Below are positions 25,770 to 38,679 of a DNA stretch of 64,000 bases, one piece after another. The notes under the pieces were generated by a model. The model was not told the DNA's origin. It did no database searches and saw nothing but the letters and a program-made list of their open reading frames with translations. Location of the stretch: assembly GCA_040357565.1 (NCBI GenBank), contig JBDODJ010000020.1. One strand, given 5' to 3'. This DNA is from Cercozoa sp. M6MM. Its lineage: Eukaryota; Protista; Endomyxa: Ascetosporea. The position numbers and the translations under genes are program-made. Each line of letters opens with the position of its first letter. Within the stretch, counting starts at the first letter, position 1.

Positions 25770-26569
25770 AGGGCGGCCACGTGCATAAAATTCTGTCTCA
25801 ATCGTCGCTGCTGCGTTACGTTGAGCACCGGCTGCACGACAAGACTAGCGAGCGCAGTGCGCGCCTGCGACACCTCCTGCAGTCGATCACGTACCTCGCT
25901 CTTTTCTTTGGGTGTGGGCAATTGTTACTATTGCTATGACATAGAATACGCGAGGCGAAGCGCGCTGTCCGAAAGTTCTACTCGTCACCGGTCCATGCCG
26001 TAAACGAGAACGACTCGGCGCGCTTTATGCTGCGCACAATGGAGAAGTACCGACTCAGTGCCCTTCCCGTTGTCGACGATGACCTGCGTAGTTTTATCTT
26101 CGCCATTCGTACATGATGTCCAGTACTCGCTTTTGATGACAGGTCTCGTCGGTAACATCTCGCCCAGCGACTTGAGACTGTGGCTCCGCGAGTCGCACAC
26201 GTCGCTTAACCAGACGATTGGTGATTTCTTGGCGCACGCGCATGCGCTGGACGTGCAGAAGAAGACTCGCTTCCCGTTCTGCCACGTGACGCCGAGCGAT
26301 ACGCTCATGAAGGTGGTCGAAATGATGGTCCGAGCACGACTGCACCGTGTCTTTGTCGTTGACGAGAAGACACACACACCGGCTGGTGTTCTTTCAGTGA
26401 GCGACCTGCTGCGTTGTACCCTGCTTCCTTCCTTTATTTCTGTGCCGTTTATGTCCTTTGTGTGCTTGAAGCACTCGTAATCACGACCAAGGATGAGCCG
26501 CCGACACCGACATCCGCTTCAGTCTCGACATCAGCGGCTGCAAACGATGACACTGGCAGTCCACATTAA
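24389..26569 (+). CDS. CBS-domain protein (AMPK-gamma / SDS23-like)
   Basis: AFDRLISAGVRSAPVWD...YVGFLDVRELV; KILSQSSLLRYV; LVGNISPSDLR; TLMKVVEMMVRARLHRVFVVD...GVLSVSDLL; start codon approximate. Confidence 0.85.
25680..25767 (+). repeat. Intronic (GT)n microsatellite, representative; others at about 10211, 20805, 34105, 37236, 38620, 47263, 53241, 56131
   Basis: Direct dinucleotide runs inside introns. Confidence 0.95.
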
Positions 26570-27052
26570 GGCACATTCATTGCGCCGTTTGTGCTCCAAA
26601 CAATCGTCTTCGCAATTATTTCCAATGTTGACGCAGCGGACTTCGCATCGCACGGCATCTCATTGGCCGGACGCGACGCGTTTTTCGTTTTCTAGATTGA
26701 TCTACTAATTTTTGATTTTCAAGGAATCATACGATACCATATTCGATTGTAACGTAAATCATTACTGCAACGACGATGTATTCGTGCGCACCGACGCCGC
26801 CGTGGCCGACGCTGAGTACAGTGGCAGTGGGCAAGTTGTTGTCTGGCCGTTCCCTCGTCCGCTTATGTACAACGCCACGCACCTTCCCCCAGGAGATCGC
26901 CACCCCCACCCCCCTCTCTCTTCCCCGGGTTGTCTTTTCGCGTGGCGTCTAAAACGAATCGCCATTGAGTCGTCGAGCTCGCCGGCTTAAAATCTCCGAC
27001 CCCACCAAACGACTAGGCATCAGCCGCTTAGTTGTTTGAATAGAAACATCAG

Positions 27053-27688
27053 TCAACGCCGCCAACGCTGCTTGAGCTGCTCGTAGGCCGCTTGAAGCAG
27101 ATCGAAGCGCTCGTTCGCCGCCTCTTCGACCTCTACCCGCGTGTCATCGTCGGCAGTGGCGAAACGCGCCATCACCATGTCAGGGTGCAAGAGTTTGGCC
27201 TGTTGGCAAATTAACATCAAAATCCACTTCGGCTGGACGCGTACCAAAGTGCGATATCGACGTCGAATTTCAGATGCAGACGCTCGCGGCGACAAATCAA
27301 GAATCTACACAAAAATCAGTGCGGTAACCGTTGTTCTTAGTTGAGGCTATGGAATACGGCAAGCGCGCGACTCGTTCCCGATACAGCTCCTCTCGGTGAC
27401 TCGCCTTTGTTCGATAACATGTCTCAAAACTCCAATGTTTTTAAAGAAGGGTACGATACCCACGAGCGCTTCCCAAAACTGTTCGTCAACCAAATCGCGC
27501 AAGTGCAACGAGAGCCGAAGCTCTCTCCCTGGGTGTGGAAAGAGTATGAACTGCCACAACGAAGTTAACCATGCATTTTGTAGCAGTACCCTTGTGAGTA
27601 AACGCGAAAGCAATTGAATCGATCGACGACAACAGCGACGAAGAGCATGCACTAAACATTTCCAAAATAACACTGTCCAAATAGACAG
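27053..27688 (-). CDS. C-terminal J-domain (DnaJ) protein; 5' end unresolved
   Basis: ALAILDLSPRASASEIRRRYRTLAKLLHPD...ERFDLLQAAYEQL with HPD motif. Confidence 0.8.
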
Positions 27689-27834
27689 CTTAAAAAAGGA
27701 AAACACCTTCCAACACCAAAAACGCACATCGCAGAGTCCGACTTGCGCTTTTTCCAAAACTCAGCGTCATGCAGTGGGTTCTACACACAAAGCACAACGA
27801 GTACCTGCTGCAGAGTAGCAGCACTCTCAATTAG

Positions 27835-29731
27835 CTAGCCAGCTACGTCACTGTCGGTCGAGTTGGCGTTCTGAAGCACCGTTCGAACAAAGTCGTTGCT
27901 CATTAAGTCCTGCTCACAGAGGAACACGTTGCACATTTTTAAAATGCAAGAAAATAAAACTGCACCGAACTGTCAGCTTCATGTATGGCCCCTGCTTGCT
28001 GCGTCAGGAGTATGCGTATTCAAAAGTGCACCGTCTCGGAAAACTACAATTGTAATACCTCCAGTGTTGAGACGATGGTCGTCGCGATTTCACCAAGTTG
28101 GCTTTCAACGTAGCTTTGCATTTTGGCTACGCGAGCACAGTGCACTGAGATAAAACAGTCAAGAATAAGACAAGTACCTGATGAATGGAAGAACGTCTCG
28201 GCGCATGCGTAATGGTCATGCAGACCGTCGTCGAAATCAAAAGAAACCGGAACGTCCGCGAGCAGAGGCAGAGTGCCCTCGAATGATTCGCACGGTTGCC
28301 TGGAACACGGTCCCATATACTCATGGGACAGTCATAGAAATGTAAGCTACCACAAAAAGAATTCGCAGACACCACCAAGAACGGCCAGCAACAACAGAAC
28401 ATGGTGTCGGAAGACACTCCAGGTAGCTAAAACAATAATACTTTACGGTTTAAACAGAACGGTACACAAAACAAGTTAAGTAAGGTACCACTGCTGCCTC
28501 CAATGGAAACCATTGGCTCGTTCTTCGGAGGTCGCCACATTGCACGCGCGAACACGAAATAGCTGCTCGGAAAAATTCTACGGCAAAGGGAAGAAGGGAA
28601 GTAAGACAAGAAACACCCAGGAGGCAGGCAAAGCGCAGCCACGAGGAGGCGGTTCCGACCAAACAAACGCATGTAGTGCACTTGCGGTGACACAGTGTCC
28701 GCGGCGACAAACCACAAAACGCACAGCATATGAAACAGTGCGTTTCTCACCTGTGAGATTCATGCACATGTTTGAAACAAAGATCACAAAAAGAAGACCT
28801 ACGATGTTGTGAATCAAAGGATAGACAACGGCAAAGACCGAGGCGAAGGAAGGTGCTAGACTGAGTGGCAGCAGCGGCAAAACCAGTCGCCACATCTATA
28901 TTGCTTTGTGAAAAACAGCATACCGGTCATTGGCACACTTATGAACTATGTACCACATTGCCAGGCGGCAATAATTCCGACCACAAGGCCGACAGCCAAG
29001 CAGCTGCACTCTACAACACGGATGCCAACTGGAACCTCATAACTTTTTGTCGGGTTGGCAATACGAGTCCAACGATAGCGCGAATGTGACTCGCCAAAAA
29101 GCTTCGCTTTCTCACACTGTTGCACGACAATAATATCAAGCGTGTGAGATAAAAAGGCAAATTTCGCTTGCCAAGGGTGCCGACTCCGGCGACAAAAGTG
29201 AGAATCCGCCACATCCGATCCCTGAAGGACAGAAACGCAAGGTGGGCACACTCGATCCAAACGCATAAACAAAAGAGCCTTACAAGTGCGGCCGCGTCCA
29301 GTAGCCAACCAATCAAAAAGAAGCCACCAGTCGCAGCGTGCAGTAGGGCATGGACGTCAAAGCCCAAATGCAGATGATGATACCCTACGGGGCACAACGA
29401 TATCACACGGAGATAAAAAGTCACTGTGACACAAATACCGACTATCCCGCCTAAGGCCCACCATGCGGCATGCTCTCGGACCGACTGAGGCTCTGTTAGG
29501 TGAATAAAAAGATTCAAAAAGCACCCACTACACGCCTATCCGAGCCACACCCAAATTTTCCGTCAGACTACTCGCATCGGTGGTCTTCGAGACTTCGCTG
29601 GCTTCATTCGGCTTGTCGTCGTCACCAGTGCCTATGCTCGAATTCGTTGGATCTGTCGTGCTCACATCGGCATCGTTGGATTTTTCTTTGGGCAAGACGG
29701 AGCTTAAGACGGAACTTTCAAGGTTGTCCAT
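27835..29731 (-). CDS. Hypothetical multi-pass membrane protein
   Basis: Acidic N-term MDNLESS..., then several hydrophobic segments (WWALGGIVGICVTVTFYL, LAVGLVVGIIAAW, VFAVVYPLIHNIVGLLFVIFV); splicing partly resolved. Confidence 0.55.
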
Positions 29732-30041
29732 TTCGTTATGCGAGTCGTGTCAGCGCAAGTTGACGGACTCGGCACGTGCGCGAGTACGCCTTCTAAACAA
29801 AAACAAGTGTTTTTGGAGAGCGCGGTGCCATTGTAATGCGCTCGGACTTTACCGCACGGCACAAAAGAAAAAAGACAAAACTCGGCACCGCCCAGAAATC
29901 AGAATACAGCAATAAAAACCAAGTACTAGGCTAGAGTAAAGAACTTTAGAATTAAATCCAATTTAGTGTGCAGTGTAGCGTGAAAACGATAAAAGTCATG
30001 CACAGTTTTGATCAGTACAGCACTGGTACAACAGTACTCGA

Positions 30042-32123
30042 ATGACTCGAGAAGATGATAAAGGAAAAACCTATAGCACATTGAACGTCGCTGCCGAGTG
30101 CCAACGTACGTCTATGGGGGAAGGCACACTTGTGCGCTTGTACGTTAACTGTCGACTGGGCTGAGTGCTTATTTTTAAAAATGTATTGATGTCGGTACCG
30201 TTGTGTTTGTTGTTAGCACGGTAAACTGTGACACCAACAGTGCTGTGAAGGTGACATGCTCCGGCCCAATCTCAGGTAGGTTAGGATGCCTGAATACATG
30301 GCGACCTTACGTTCGTTGCATTCCCGGGCAGGGAACGCCGACGTCGTGCCGAAGATTTGGGCGGTCCCTAGTGAGGTAGGACTGATGTCCGACACTCTTA
30401 AATGAGAACTATGTGTCTTATAACTTGCAGGATATGACGGTTCACCCCAATGGCACAGTTGATATCATTGTGCGCCCACGGCAGGATACAGTTTTTGATG
30501 TAAGATAAGAAATAAATCAAGCAACTGAGGTTGGAGAGTTACAACCAGGTTTCCCTTTTTTGTGTTCAAACAGGGTCGTTTTTTGGTACGACTTTTCATC
30601 GACGAGCAGGTTAGTTTTTCTATATGCTTTATCTTGTTTACATTTTAATCCCTTTACCCCCCCCCAGGAGTCGCCAGTGTCACCGTTTGAATTTGTTACC
30701 GATCCGTCTGAACCGCTGGTAATGTTACTCCGTCACCCTGCCTCTTGACTTTCATTCGTTGCTTCTTACCTCTTTATTCTTTTCCTCTTAATCTTTATCT
30801 TTCAATTTTTACTCTTCTTTTCTTTCGACCCTAGGGGTTTCGGTGGCTCCGCAGCACGCAGGGTGCCGAGGTGTCGTCCGAATCAGCCACGACACAGGGC
30901 GTGCAGGTATTCTTCTCCCTCCTGTGTGCTTATTTGTACCCAGTTACTTTCTATTAATGTGTACTTTGGTAGCAACAAACCCGCGGTCTGGAAGAGTTGC
31001 AGCGACGCTTCGGGTCGCAGGTGCAGCTTGTGGGAGGTGCTGATGGTTTCGACTCTCCTTCTTTTCAATGCTACCCTCTTACCACTGTCGAAACAGGCGA
31101 CAGGAAACTCGTGCGTGTGGGTCAGTTAGAAAAGTACACGCGGCACCGACGCAAGCGACTGAAATACACCTTCCACTTGTTTAACGACTTGCTGCTGTAT
31201 CCTCCACCTTTATCATTCTCCCTTCACCCTCTACTTTTGGTTCTGTTCTTGTCCGGTTGCTGCTTGGCAGGTACTCGGAGCAGCAGGTGAACGGCAACTT
31301 TAAACTGCACCGTGCCATTCCTCTGGCGACCACTCTAGTGCGCGAAATGGACGTCGGTGCTGACGACGGTAACAACGGGTTTTGAGATATATGAGGGCAG
31401 GGGTATATACGGAGTTTAAGTAGCCACCGCTAGCCAGCTGAGTGCCGATGATCGCGCCTGCTGTTTCGAAGTGCTCTCGCGCGAGAAGTCTTTTGTTGTA
31501 TGTCTTCCTTCCTCCTTTGTGTTTACCCCCCCCCCCCGAACTGCTGTATCGGCAGGTCAGATGTCGCAATAGAAATCAAAAACAAGTGTGGCTTCGAGAT
31601 ATCCATCAGTGTGCGGTCTGTTTTCTGTATCTACTTTTTGTCTGTTGTTTTTTAGCTTACCCCCCCCCCCCCCGCGCAGCTGGCATGTAGGCCACTTGTG
31701 ATGGACGATGACGAGGTCGATGGTGTTTTATTTCGCCCTATCCCTTGCTATGTTGCTCCTCTCCTTGTTAACTTGTCGTGGTTGCTCAGTGGCACCGGTC
31801 TGGCAGGCTGACAAGGACTCCACACACTGTCCAATGTGCCAGAGCAAGTTCACGCTCGTTCGACGGCGGCACCACTGTCGTCGCTGCGGCGTGCTGTACA
31901 CCACCCAACCCCTGTCTGCTTCTCTTGTGTGAATTTGGTGTGTTACCTGTATACTTGTCAGTTGTTGCGGCAAATGCTCGTCACGACGCGCTTTGCTCGT
32001 CAACATCGACGCCGAAAAACCCGTAATCATACAACATTTTCAGTTTTTCATTCAGTTATGCACGTCTATCTTTGTGTTTTGCTGCAGGTTCGAGTCTGTG
32101 ATAGTTGTGCCGATGCTGTGTAA
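30042..32123 (+). CDS. PH + FYVE domain protein (phafin/PLEKHF- or FGD-like C-terminus)
   Basis: PH: RKLVRVGQLEK, FHLFNDLLLYS, FEVLSREKSF, KQVWLRDI; FYVE: WQADKDSTHCPMCQSKFTLVRRRHHCRRCG, CCGKCS, VRVCDSC; start approximate (30042-30298). Confidence 0.85.
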
Positions 32124-32129
32124 ACTAGG

Positions 32130-32176
32130 AGCTTGAGCCTTGACTCTACTCGCGTCGTAGAGTCGGGACTCAGGCT
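32130..32176 (+). other. 20-bp stem-loop in 3'UTR of PH-FYVE gene
   Basis: AGCTTGAGCCTTGACTCTAC / GTAGAGTCGGGACTCAGGCT, 7-nt loop, 3 G-U pairs, 1 mismatch. Confidence 0.7.
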
Positions 32177-32904
32177 GTCCCGTCGTTGTAGTATTTTAGT
32201 TTGCGTTGATTCTCTTTGCGTTGGATCGCTTGGACAGCGTAGGATTGGGTAGAAGGAAACAAACAACATTTATGTTGTGAGATTCGATTGTCAGTGCAAT
32301 TTTAGTGAAGACAACACAACGCAACAACTAGAGAAAAGTAAGAATGCCAGTGTATAGATCGTTTGATCTAGTGTTCGTTCGACGTCTCAATAAATGAAAA
32401 ATATCTCAATAAATAAATGGGCCGTCATTACAGTTGAGAGTGTTTGTTCAAAGGATTCAACAAACAAAAACCCTCTTGCCTGATATCTGGAAAAAGGGCA
32501 GTTTCGAGCTGCTCCGCCACTCAGCTCTCAACACTTCATTTCTTATTTGGCATGACTGATATGTGCGGAGCAAGCCAGCCGAGTAGGTTGTATGTTGACA
32601 TAACATTTAAAGTATGCAGACGCATTCCGTTATTCGACGACCACACTGCGTCTGGTGTCGGTTTTTTATTTTTGGTGGGCGAAGAAATCTGTTTCTGAGC
32701 ACAAATCGAGCTTTAGAAGCATCCAAGCATTCCAAATCGCCAGAAATTCTTAAGCAGACACGAGATTTGTAGTCCAGAGCGTGTTTAGACCGAGTTGCGA
32801 TCTACGAGCAGAAATTGGTCGAGAAAATTTGCAGAACTGCTCCGACCGTGCAATAAGCGTCATTTTAACGTCCATTCGCATTCAGTGAAACTAGATCAGA
32901 CCAA

Positions 32905-34103
32905 ATGTTGGTTTTGAAGGTACATCACCTGATATCGGTTGGTTTTGTAGGTAAAAACAAGTGTACTTTGCGCCTTTTTGTCTGGCAGATCAAATGTGGT
33001 GGAGACCTGCGTCGCCTCCGCGTGCCAAGCGATGCGCTACAGGCAGAAACCGCATTTGCGGCCTTTCTGCGCGACAGCCTCGGCGACGCACTCCAGTCGG
33101 AACACTTTGCACTCTTTGACGATGAAGGCGATCAAGTGACGTCTTCCATGGTAGCCCGATACATTTTTGTGACTTTATCTGGCCACTGTTTCTGTGCACT
33201 GGCGTTGTGTTTGTAGCTTCAAGGGCAGACAGGCGTGGTGCGTGTGGCGGCGCTGCCACTGAAAGTACAGCCAGCTGAGCCCCGGGAGGTTGAACCTGCC
33301 GAGGAGCCTGCCGAAGAGCCTGCCGAGGAGCCTGCCGAAGAGCCTGTCGAGGAGGCGTCTGATGCCAAGGACGAGTGCGACGAGAAGCAGCAGGAACTCG
33401 ATCAAGAGGAAACCGATGAGCTCGAGTCGACACAGACTACAGCAGAGGTGCAAACTCAGACAGTGTCGCCCGACGCGGTGAACCAGGAGAGCGAGCAAGA
33501 AGTGTCACTGGACGGCAGCAACGATTTAGTTGCAAGCGATGTCCAAGATGATGAGGTCGAACAGCAAGAGCCTTCTGAGCCGACACAGCGGCTTTCAGCA
33601 GGCTCGAGCGATGAGCCGCGAGAAGAGGTAGCGCCCAAGCAGCAGCAATTTGAGGAAAGCAGCGACGTTGTGAAGACTGAGCAACCGACCGAGGGTGCGA
33701 TCGAGGACAACCAGGAGGTTGAGGACGTCGCTTCTGTCACTCACGACGAGCCGGAGGGTGTTCATGACGAGCCGGAGGGTGTTCACGACGAGGGCGTTCA
33801 GGACGAGGACTGGGCGATGGTCGACGGGGATGTGGCCACCGACGCAGTTGTCACTGACGGAAAATCCTCACTCCGCTCCAGCATGATGTCGTCGCTCAAC
33901 GTCACCAGTGTACCTCTCCTTTCTGTTTTTGTGTGTGTGTCGTTTTTTGTTGCTGAGAGACAGCGTATGCACAGGTCGCCTCGTTGGATCAACTGCTGCG
34001 CGAGCGATACGACGACGAGATACGACAGCTCGTGCACAAGTGGCTTGTCGATGCTCAGGTGTGTGGGCATATGTGTGCATACGTGTCGATATGAGACAGT
34101 GTA

Positions 34104-34188
<85 letters not shown>

Positions 34189-34872
34189 CGTGAGTGTGTG
34201 AGGTATTGTACATGTGCTCCAGATGGTGAATACCAACACGGCAAACGCGGAGTTTAACGAACTCGTGCAGCTTTTTGTTACGGTATCTCATCGCCATATT
34301 CTTTTGTTTTTGTTGTTGGATGTTGTACTTGTGGGGTAGCGGTTCCTTGGTGTGGTTCGCTCTGAGTACGAGATCGATCTGCGCGCTTGTGCTGAGGCTG
34401 AGTCTGGCTGCGAGGTGTCCACAGAGCTTCTGGAAGAGCCCCAGGTATCCAGTGAGGAACTTGTGGTCGCTCCTGCCGAAATCGAGACCGTCGTCGAGGA
34501 GCCTGAACCCAAGTTAGAGCATTCTTTCGAGGGACAAGAGTTGCGCGAACAAGAACAGGCGCCCCACACGGAAGAACAGGCACCGCATATGGAAGAACAA
34601 GCACAGCAAGAAGACCAACAGCAATCAGCGACCCAACAAGACGGTGGCATGGACGATGAGGTTATTGCGGCTCTCGTCTCGATGGTAGCTTCGTTAGTTT
34701 TTGTATCTCGCACTTGTTCTATCGCAAAACCGAGTTTTGAGTCCGTTTGTAGGGCTTTGAAACCAAAGCCGCCGGTCGGGCCTTGAGAGAGGTGGCCGCC
34801 AACCCACAACCCCAGCTGGGCAACGTCGTCCAGCAAGCGCTTGAGGTGCTCATTGCCGAGGAGAACAATTAG
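32905..34872 (+). CDS. p62/NBR1-like selective autophagy receptor (PB1 - acidic linker - LIR - UBA)
   Basis: PB1: MLVLKIKCGGDLRRLRV...FDDEGDQVT; LIR DEDWAMV; C-term UBA IAALVSMGFETKAAGRALRE...VVQQALEVL. Confidence 0.75.
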
Positions 34873-35077
34873 TGGCGCCAGATTAACGCACTGACTCGGA
34901 TTCACTTTAGCATAGCTCAAGTCGAAGTGAAGTTTCCCGGACTAACGTAAGTTTACCCTGCGCCGGTCCTCGCCTGGGGGGGGGGGGGGGGGGTGATTCA
35001 CAAGCGCTTGCCGCTGCCCGCTTAGTGCAGGGTGGCCATTCAGTTCCGTTCCACGTGACGACGATCCGTATTATTTC

Positions 35078-35249
35078 TAGAAGTAATCCACTGATGCCAG
35101 AAGTATACTGCTGACCCAGTAAATCACTATCACAGAAGTAAGCTGCCGCTGCCTGAAGTAAATCACTCACCACCAGAAGTAAACAGCCGATGCCAGAATA
35201 AACTGCCGATAGAAGTAAACTGCTGATACCAGAAGGAAGCTGCTGCTGT
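35078..35249. repeat. Degenerate ~20-bp minisatellite (about 9 units, core CAGAAGTAAA)
   Basis: Units such as CAGAAGTAAACAGCCGATGC and CTGAAGTAAATCACTCACCAC in tandem. Confidence 0.8.
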
Positions 35250-36104
35250 CCGAAACCCGGATTTCTCGTGCTAAGTTACACTCGGATAAAAGGGTGAAGA
35301 GAGACAATGGATTTGCTTGGAGCGCGGTGTAGTATGACTTCAAACATTTATGGTGACAGAACAGTTGAGCGGTCGAGATGTGCTTTTCGCTAGTCTGAGG
35401 TTTCTGGCACATTAGGGCTCAAAATAGGTATGTTTCGACAGCTACAGAGCAGACAACTTCGCGTAGCTTCCGAATTTTAACACTCTCCCTGGGCTTTCAA
35501 GGAGGTTCAAGGACTGATTCGGCTGCGTCTTCTTAGTTGTGCTGATCGAATGGATCCCCGTCAAAACTTCTGTCAGTTTGTTGCATTCCTTCAAGCTGCC
35601 GCTCTTTTTCTGCGGTTTTACGATCAGCTACGTGAATGGATACCCGTAGTAAACTTACCACCGCTCATACCGCTTTAATTTCTACCCCCCCCCCCTTTGC
35701 TGTATACATTTGATTCTCTCTTGGAGCTTAACCACCCAACAAACAAAGTAGCTTACCAGTTAAACCCCAGATAAAACGTAAATGATTTTCGGCAGCATTA
35801 ATATAGTCGAGGTGCACTCGGCACTAATTTTTGACCTTCAGTCAGAACTTTCCACGCCAGTGATAGCTATAGCGATGGTTAAATTTAGTTACCCATATGC
35901 GAAGGTACCTGACGTACGTAACTAGAAGTTAACTTAGAGACCAACGCAACGGATATTACGTTCGGTTAAAACCCAGCCCATCATGATTGGTGTTGAGTCC
36001 CCCGCACCGCACGTCTGACTCATTAAAGAAAGCCCGACTGGAGTCCAACGGCGCTCGTCGTTTCAAATGCTGCGCGTGCCGCATTACGGTGTCAGTGCTT
36101 TACG

Positions 36105-37299
36105 TTAGTGCACTGCAGCAAGTGCCTGCTGGTACTCCGCCTCCTCAAGTTCCTGCTTGGCGAAGTTGTTGAAGATCTGTTCGAGCGTAGTCTCGCTCGC
36201 CGAGTAGTCTTGGATGCGCAACTCCTGGCGACTGGCCTCCTACAGATCAGCAAATGCCAGGAGAGGTTCTAACGTAGTGAAGTGAGAGGTATACCAGAAC
36301 ACGGAAGATCTGGCCGATGCTGAAGTCGGAGGAGACCTGCCATTTGCTCATGGCACCGTGCTGCAGAGCAAAGGAAGGTCAACAAAGTCACAGGCACACC
36401 GTAGCAATCTGAGAGTAAAGAGTTTACCCTCTCGATGAGTCCAGGCGCCGTGCCATCTTCAGCGGAGAAGTTGCTCTTCATGAACTCACTGAGTCGCTCG
36501 AAGGGAGCGTCTTCGTCCTCGTCCAGGTTGATGTCGACCTGATATCCCTGACCGTAGTCATCCTTCAGCTGCAGGAAGGTGCCGCATGCACGCAGCTGAC
36601 CGCTCACCTGCACGAAACGTCCACGCATAGTTTTGCGACCATGTGCAATTGGCATATACATAGTTTACCATGATGGAGATACGCTGGCACAGTGCGACAC
36701 ATTCGTCCATCGAGTGCGTTGTCAGAATGACGGCACGGTCCTTCATGGTGGCCGCGATGAGGTCCCACATCTGACGGCGCGCGCCCGGATCGACGCCCGT
36801 CGTTGGCTCGTCTAGGTAGATTACGGACGGGTTGCCGGCCAGTGCCACGGCCACCGAAAGCTTGCGCTTGTTGCCACCCGAGTAAGAACCGCACGGACGA
36901 TCAGCCATGCCGTCAAAGTTGAGTCCGACAAGGTTAACCATGCCGTCGACAAAGTCGGCCACCGCCTCCTCGCGCACGTGTCGCAGACGCGCGTACATTG
37001 TTAGCACCTCACGTCCAGTCAACGTTTCTACCAAAGCGTCGAACTGCGGGCAGTAGCCTGCACAAATGTGGGTCCAGTAAACAAACATGTACAACATTTG
37101 CAAAGATAAGAGGTACCGAGACGCGAGCGCACAGAAGCAGCGTCGGTGGCAAGGTCGATGCCATCGATCATGACCGTGCCCGAAGACGGCAGCAGATCGC
37201 CAGTCATCATGCTCAGTGCCTATGCTCGCAGGCATACACACACACATAAACACACGCACACACGCACACGCACACACATAAACACACATAAACACACAT

Positions 37300-37348
<49 letters not shown>

Positions 37349-37358
37349 NNNNNNNNNN

Positions 37359-37407
<49 letters not shown>

Positions 37408-38642
37408 AGAAGGGTACCGTGGTCTTGCCGGCACCGTTTACGCCGAGGAAACCAAAGCACTCACCACGCTTTACACCTGCAAGAAATCATATATTGGACT
37501 GTAGTCGCAGGTTGCGCAAGTTAGAACGTACCAAAGGCAAGATCACGGACAGCGAGCTTGGACGGAGCACCAGCACGACCTAAGCAGGGTCATTAAAGCA
37601 GAGTCAGAGTGTGGTGGCTTGGCGAGTAGTACCATGGAAGGCCTTGCGCAGGTGGTTGACCACAATGACATCATCGTCGGGAATCTTGTCACCTTGCAGA
37701 ATGGTATCGACACGTTCAACTTCCTTGCTGACGTTATCGTCACCACGGAAGGGTTTCTCCACTACAGTCGGCTCGCGGTGGAACCGCTATACACAAACAC
37801 ACGTCCTCACATTGACACATAGATATGAAGGCCAAAGGTACACGCAGCACGTCACTTCGAGTGCGCAGGTACTCGACGAGCAGCACGAGACCAAAGTAGA
37901 CCGGCGCAGTCAGTGCCAGGAACAGCAGCGGACGACCCGTGATCTCCATGTCCCAGACACCTTTCGTGTCGCCCTGCACTCATAAGAAGCAGTAAAGTCT
38001 GAAAGAGGCAGGGTGTGTGAGGTACCTCCCAAATAAGAGCAGCATCACGCAACGTGAGTGAATGAATGCCCTTGCCCTACACACAGATGTGTAGACAAAA
38101 AACAAAATGCATAACGTACAAAAAGACAGCGGTACCAGCGAGAAGATTGGCACAAAGTAACTGATCCACGTGATGGCATCCGAGGCAGACTTGGTCGAGT
38201 CAAAGAACTGCAGAATAATCGACGCCAGCAGCCTGTGCCACATGTGACATAAACAGCAACACAGATCACAGATACAGTGATGTGTACACGGGCAAAGCGA
38301 AAGCAATGTTCATGAAGAGCGTCATGTTCTGCGCCGCCGTAGCGTCGGCTGTTTGGTCACAAAGCAAACTAGATATACACCTCTTCGAGTGCATTCGTAG
38401 ACAGAAAAACATGAGGGTACAGAAGAGGAAGGAGAAGAGGTAAGTGAACGGCGTCACAGACACAGCGTATCTATACACACCTTGGGATACACAAACACAC
38501 AACACAAAACAATTGCAAGGTACAGCAAGACAATCAGCAGCACGGCAGGCAGTGCTTCGCCCACCAGCGTCTCAATGTTGAACATAAGAATGAACAGAAT
38601 GCACAGCAGCGCCTATGCAAACACAGACACACACACACACAC

Positions 38643-38679
<37 letters not shown>

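Noticed and set aside
26712-26990. 92-aa ORF between CBS and J-domain genes
   Set aside because: Non-ATG start, no homology evident, lies in convergent UTR space
5964-34872. Autophagy/pexophagy gene cluster (ATG3, PEX19, PH-FYVE, p62-like)
   Set aside because: Spread over 29 kb among unrelated housekeeping genes; chance is sufficient without synteny data
35078-35249. CRISPR-like array
   Set aside because: Units are directly tandem and degenerate with no unique spacers; no cas genes; eukaryotic context
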